Assembly: GCA_038225555.1 (NCBI GenBank)
Contig: JBBRRB010000020.1
Coordinates: 10,966-74,965 of the forward strand
Source of the DNA: Bryobacterales bacterium
GTDB taxonomy: Bacteria; Acidobacteriota; Terriglobia; Bryobacterales; Bryobacteraceae
DNA: 64,000 nucleotides
Reading direction: 5' to 3'
Both the position numbers and the translations under genes were made by a program. The stretch's first letter is position 1. The number at the start of each line of letters is the position of its first letter. Below, one piece after another: positions 63,978-64,000 of this stretch. The notes below the pieces were generated by a model, which saw nothing but the letters and a program-made list of their open reading frames with translations, searched no databases and was not told where the DNA came from.

Positions 63978-64000
63978 TGGAAAAGCCTAAAAATAGAACT

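Noticed and set aside
1-64000. CRISPR arrays, rRNA genes, intact IS elements, prophage structural genes
   Set aside because: No regularly spaced direct repeats, rRNA signatures, complete transposase plus inverted repeats, or phage morphogenesis genes were seen during the read-through.

Overview
High-GC bacterial chromosome segment. It is most likely Acidobacteriota (Bryobacterales / Candidatus Solibacter-like), judged from three signals: a giant SBBP/FG-GAP repeat protein, an NHL protein with a TIGR03437-like C-terminal domain, and a DUF1592/DUF1552 pair. Coding density is high and most genes are on the minus strand.

Layout:
1. 1-7415: a four-gene, translationally coupled surface-protein operon. 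It ends in a giant adhesin-like gene that runs off the left edge and is missing from the ORF track.
2. 7.6-10.9 kb: a secreted poly-proline-linker protein and a type-B carboxylesterase.
3. 10.9-12.6 kb: relics of mobile DNA (a frameshifted IS21 istA fragment and a truncated DUF3489-like gene).
4. 12.6-34.4 kb: a large Wzx/Wzy-type exopolysaccharide locus. It contains a NusG paralog, Wza, Wzc, Wzx, two Wzy/ligase-like proteins, seven glycosyltransferase genes including a tandem-fused GT4, and a priming phosphotransferase.
5. 34.4-40.1 kb: an ORF-poor stretch, followed by a 4.5-kb integrase-less islet bracketed by a 23-bp direct repeat of the tRNA-Glu(CUC) 3-prime end.
6. 40.2-44.7 kb: an NHL-repeat protein and a secreted matrixin.
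7. 44.7-52.5 kb: one co-directional gene string. It holds a eukaryote-type (CHT1/SLC5A7-like) sodium:solute symporter translationally coupled to phosphatidylcholine synthase, the DUF1592/DUF1552 pair, two small ORFs and an unusual AAA+ ATPase.
8. 52.5-56.1 kb: an HGSNAT-like acyltransferase, a dihaem cytochrome c and a PQQ beta-propeller dehydrogenase.
9. 56.1-64 kb: a second Wzx/Wzy polysaccharide locus with a beta-helix (depolymerase-like) gene.

No CRISPR array, rRNA or intact IS element was seen. All family assignments come from motif recognition by eye, not from searches.
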